DNA of 63,485 nucleotides, the filler included, from Choristocarpus tenellus KU-1152 (taxonomy: Eukaryota; Protista; Phaeophyceae): assembly GCA_964200185.2 (NCBI GenBank). It is 10 parts of 10 records of this genome, joined end to end, with 100 filler letters (N's around TTAATTAATTAA, not from the genome) between each part and the next. Parts side by side here need not be neighbours in the genome. Positions count along the whole stretch, not along the records: positions 58,486 to 63,485 come from CAXNAD020012219.1; 9 more parts are not named here. One strand, 5' to 3'. A program made the position numbers and the translations under genes. The notes beneath the pieces were generated by a model. It was not told the DNA's origin and ran no database searches. It saw nothing but the letters and a program-made list of their open reading frames with translations. This document shows positions 63,440 to 63,485 of the stretch, piece by piece; the stretch's first letter is position 1, and every line of letters begins with the position of its first letter.

Positions 63440-63485
63440 TTTAAAATATCTAGGGGTGGGTGGGGGGTGACGGCTGTCCATTTGG
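63440..63485 (+). mobile_element. MITE family A left end at window end
   Basis: AAAATATCTAGGGG...GACGGCTGTCCATTTGG. Confidence 0.65.

Overview
Eukaryotic, intron-rich, AT-rich nuclear DNA. It is almost certainly from a brown alga or close stramenopile relative: TTAGGG telomere repeat, a Phaeophyceae-type secreted DxR-C-x-C-P-x-NTxDG-SRWSC domain, and a metzincin fused to a GDPH domain. The window is NOT contiguous. It is ten contigs joined by artificial 100-bp spacers (N44-TTAATTAATTAA-N44), so nothing can be linked across spacers. Manual splicing gives two complete genes: TSR2 (5 exons, minus strand) and a 7-exon secreted protein with two galactose-binding-like domains. Partial genes are a metzincin-knottin-GDPH protease, a probable condensin II NCAPD3, the last exon of a protein kinase, a membrane protein and an ARM/coiled-coil protein. 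The rest is mobile or repetitive DNA: two related MITE families (about 20 copies or fragments, AAAGTATCT TIR core, 4-bp TSDs), a Gypsy element cut off by a (TTAGGG)n tract, its solo LTR next to a CpG-decayed tRNA-Leu, an IS630/Tc1/mariner transposase exon, RLE-type non-LTR fragments, decayed ORFs and many minisatellites. I cannot demonstrate a wholly new system. The best leads are: telomeric hexamers written into both TIRs of one MITE, together with telomere truncation of the Gypsy element; the metzincin-ICK-GDPH architecture; a decayed subtelomeric ParB/DGQHR-like gene with an in-place inverted coding repeat; CpG-deamination signatures implying DNA methylation; and a hairpin with 104-bp arms.
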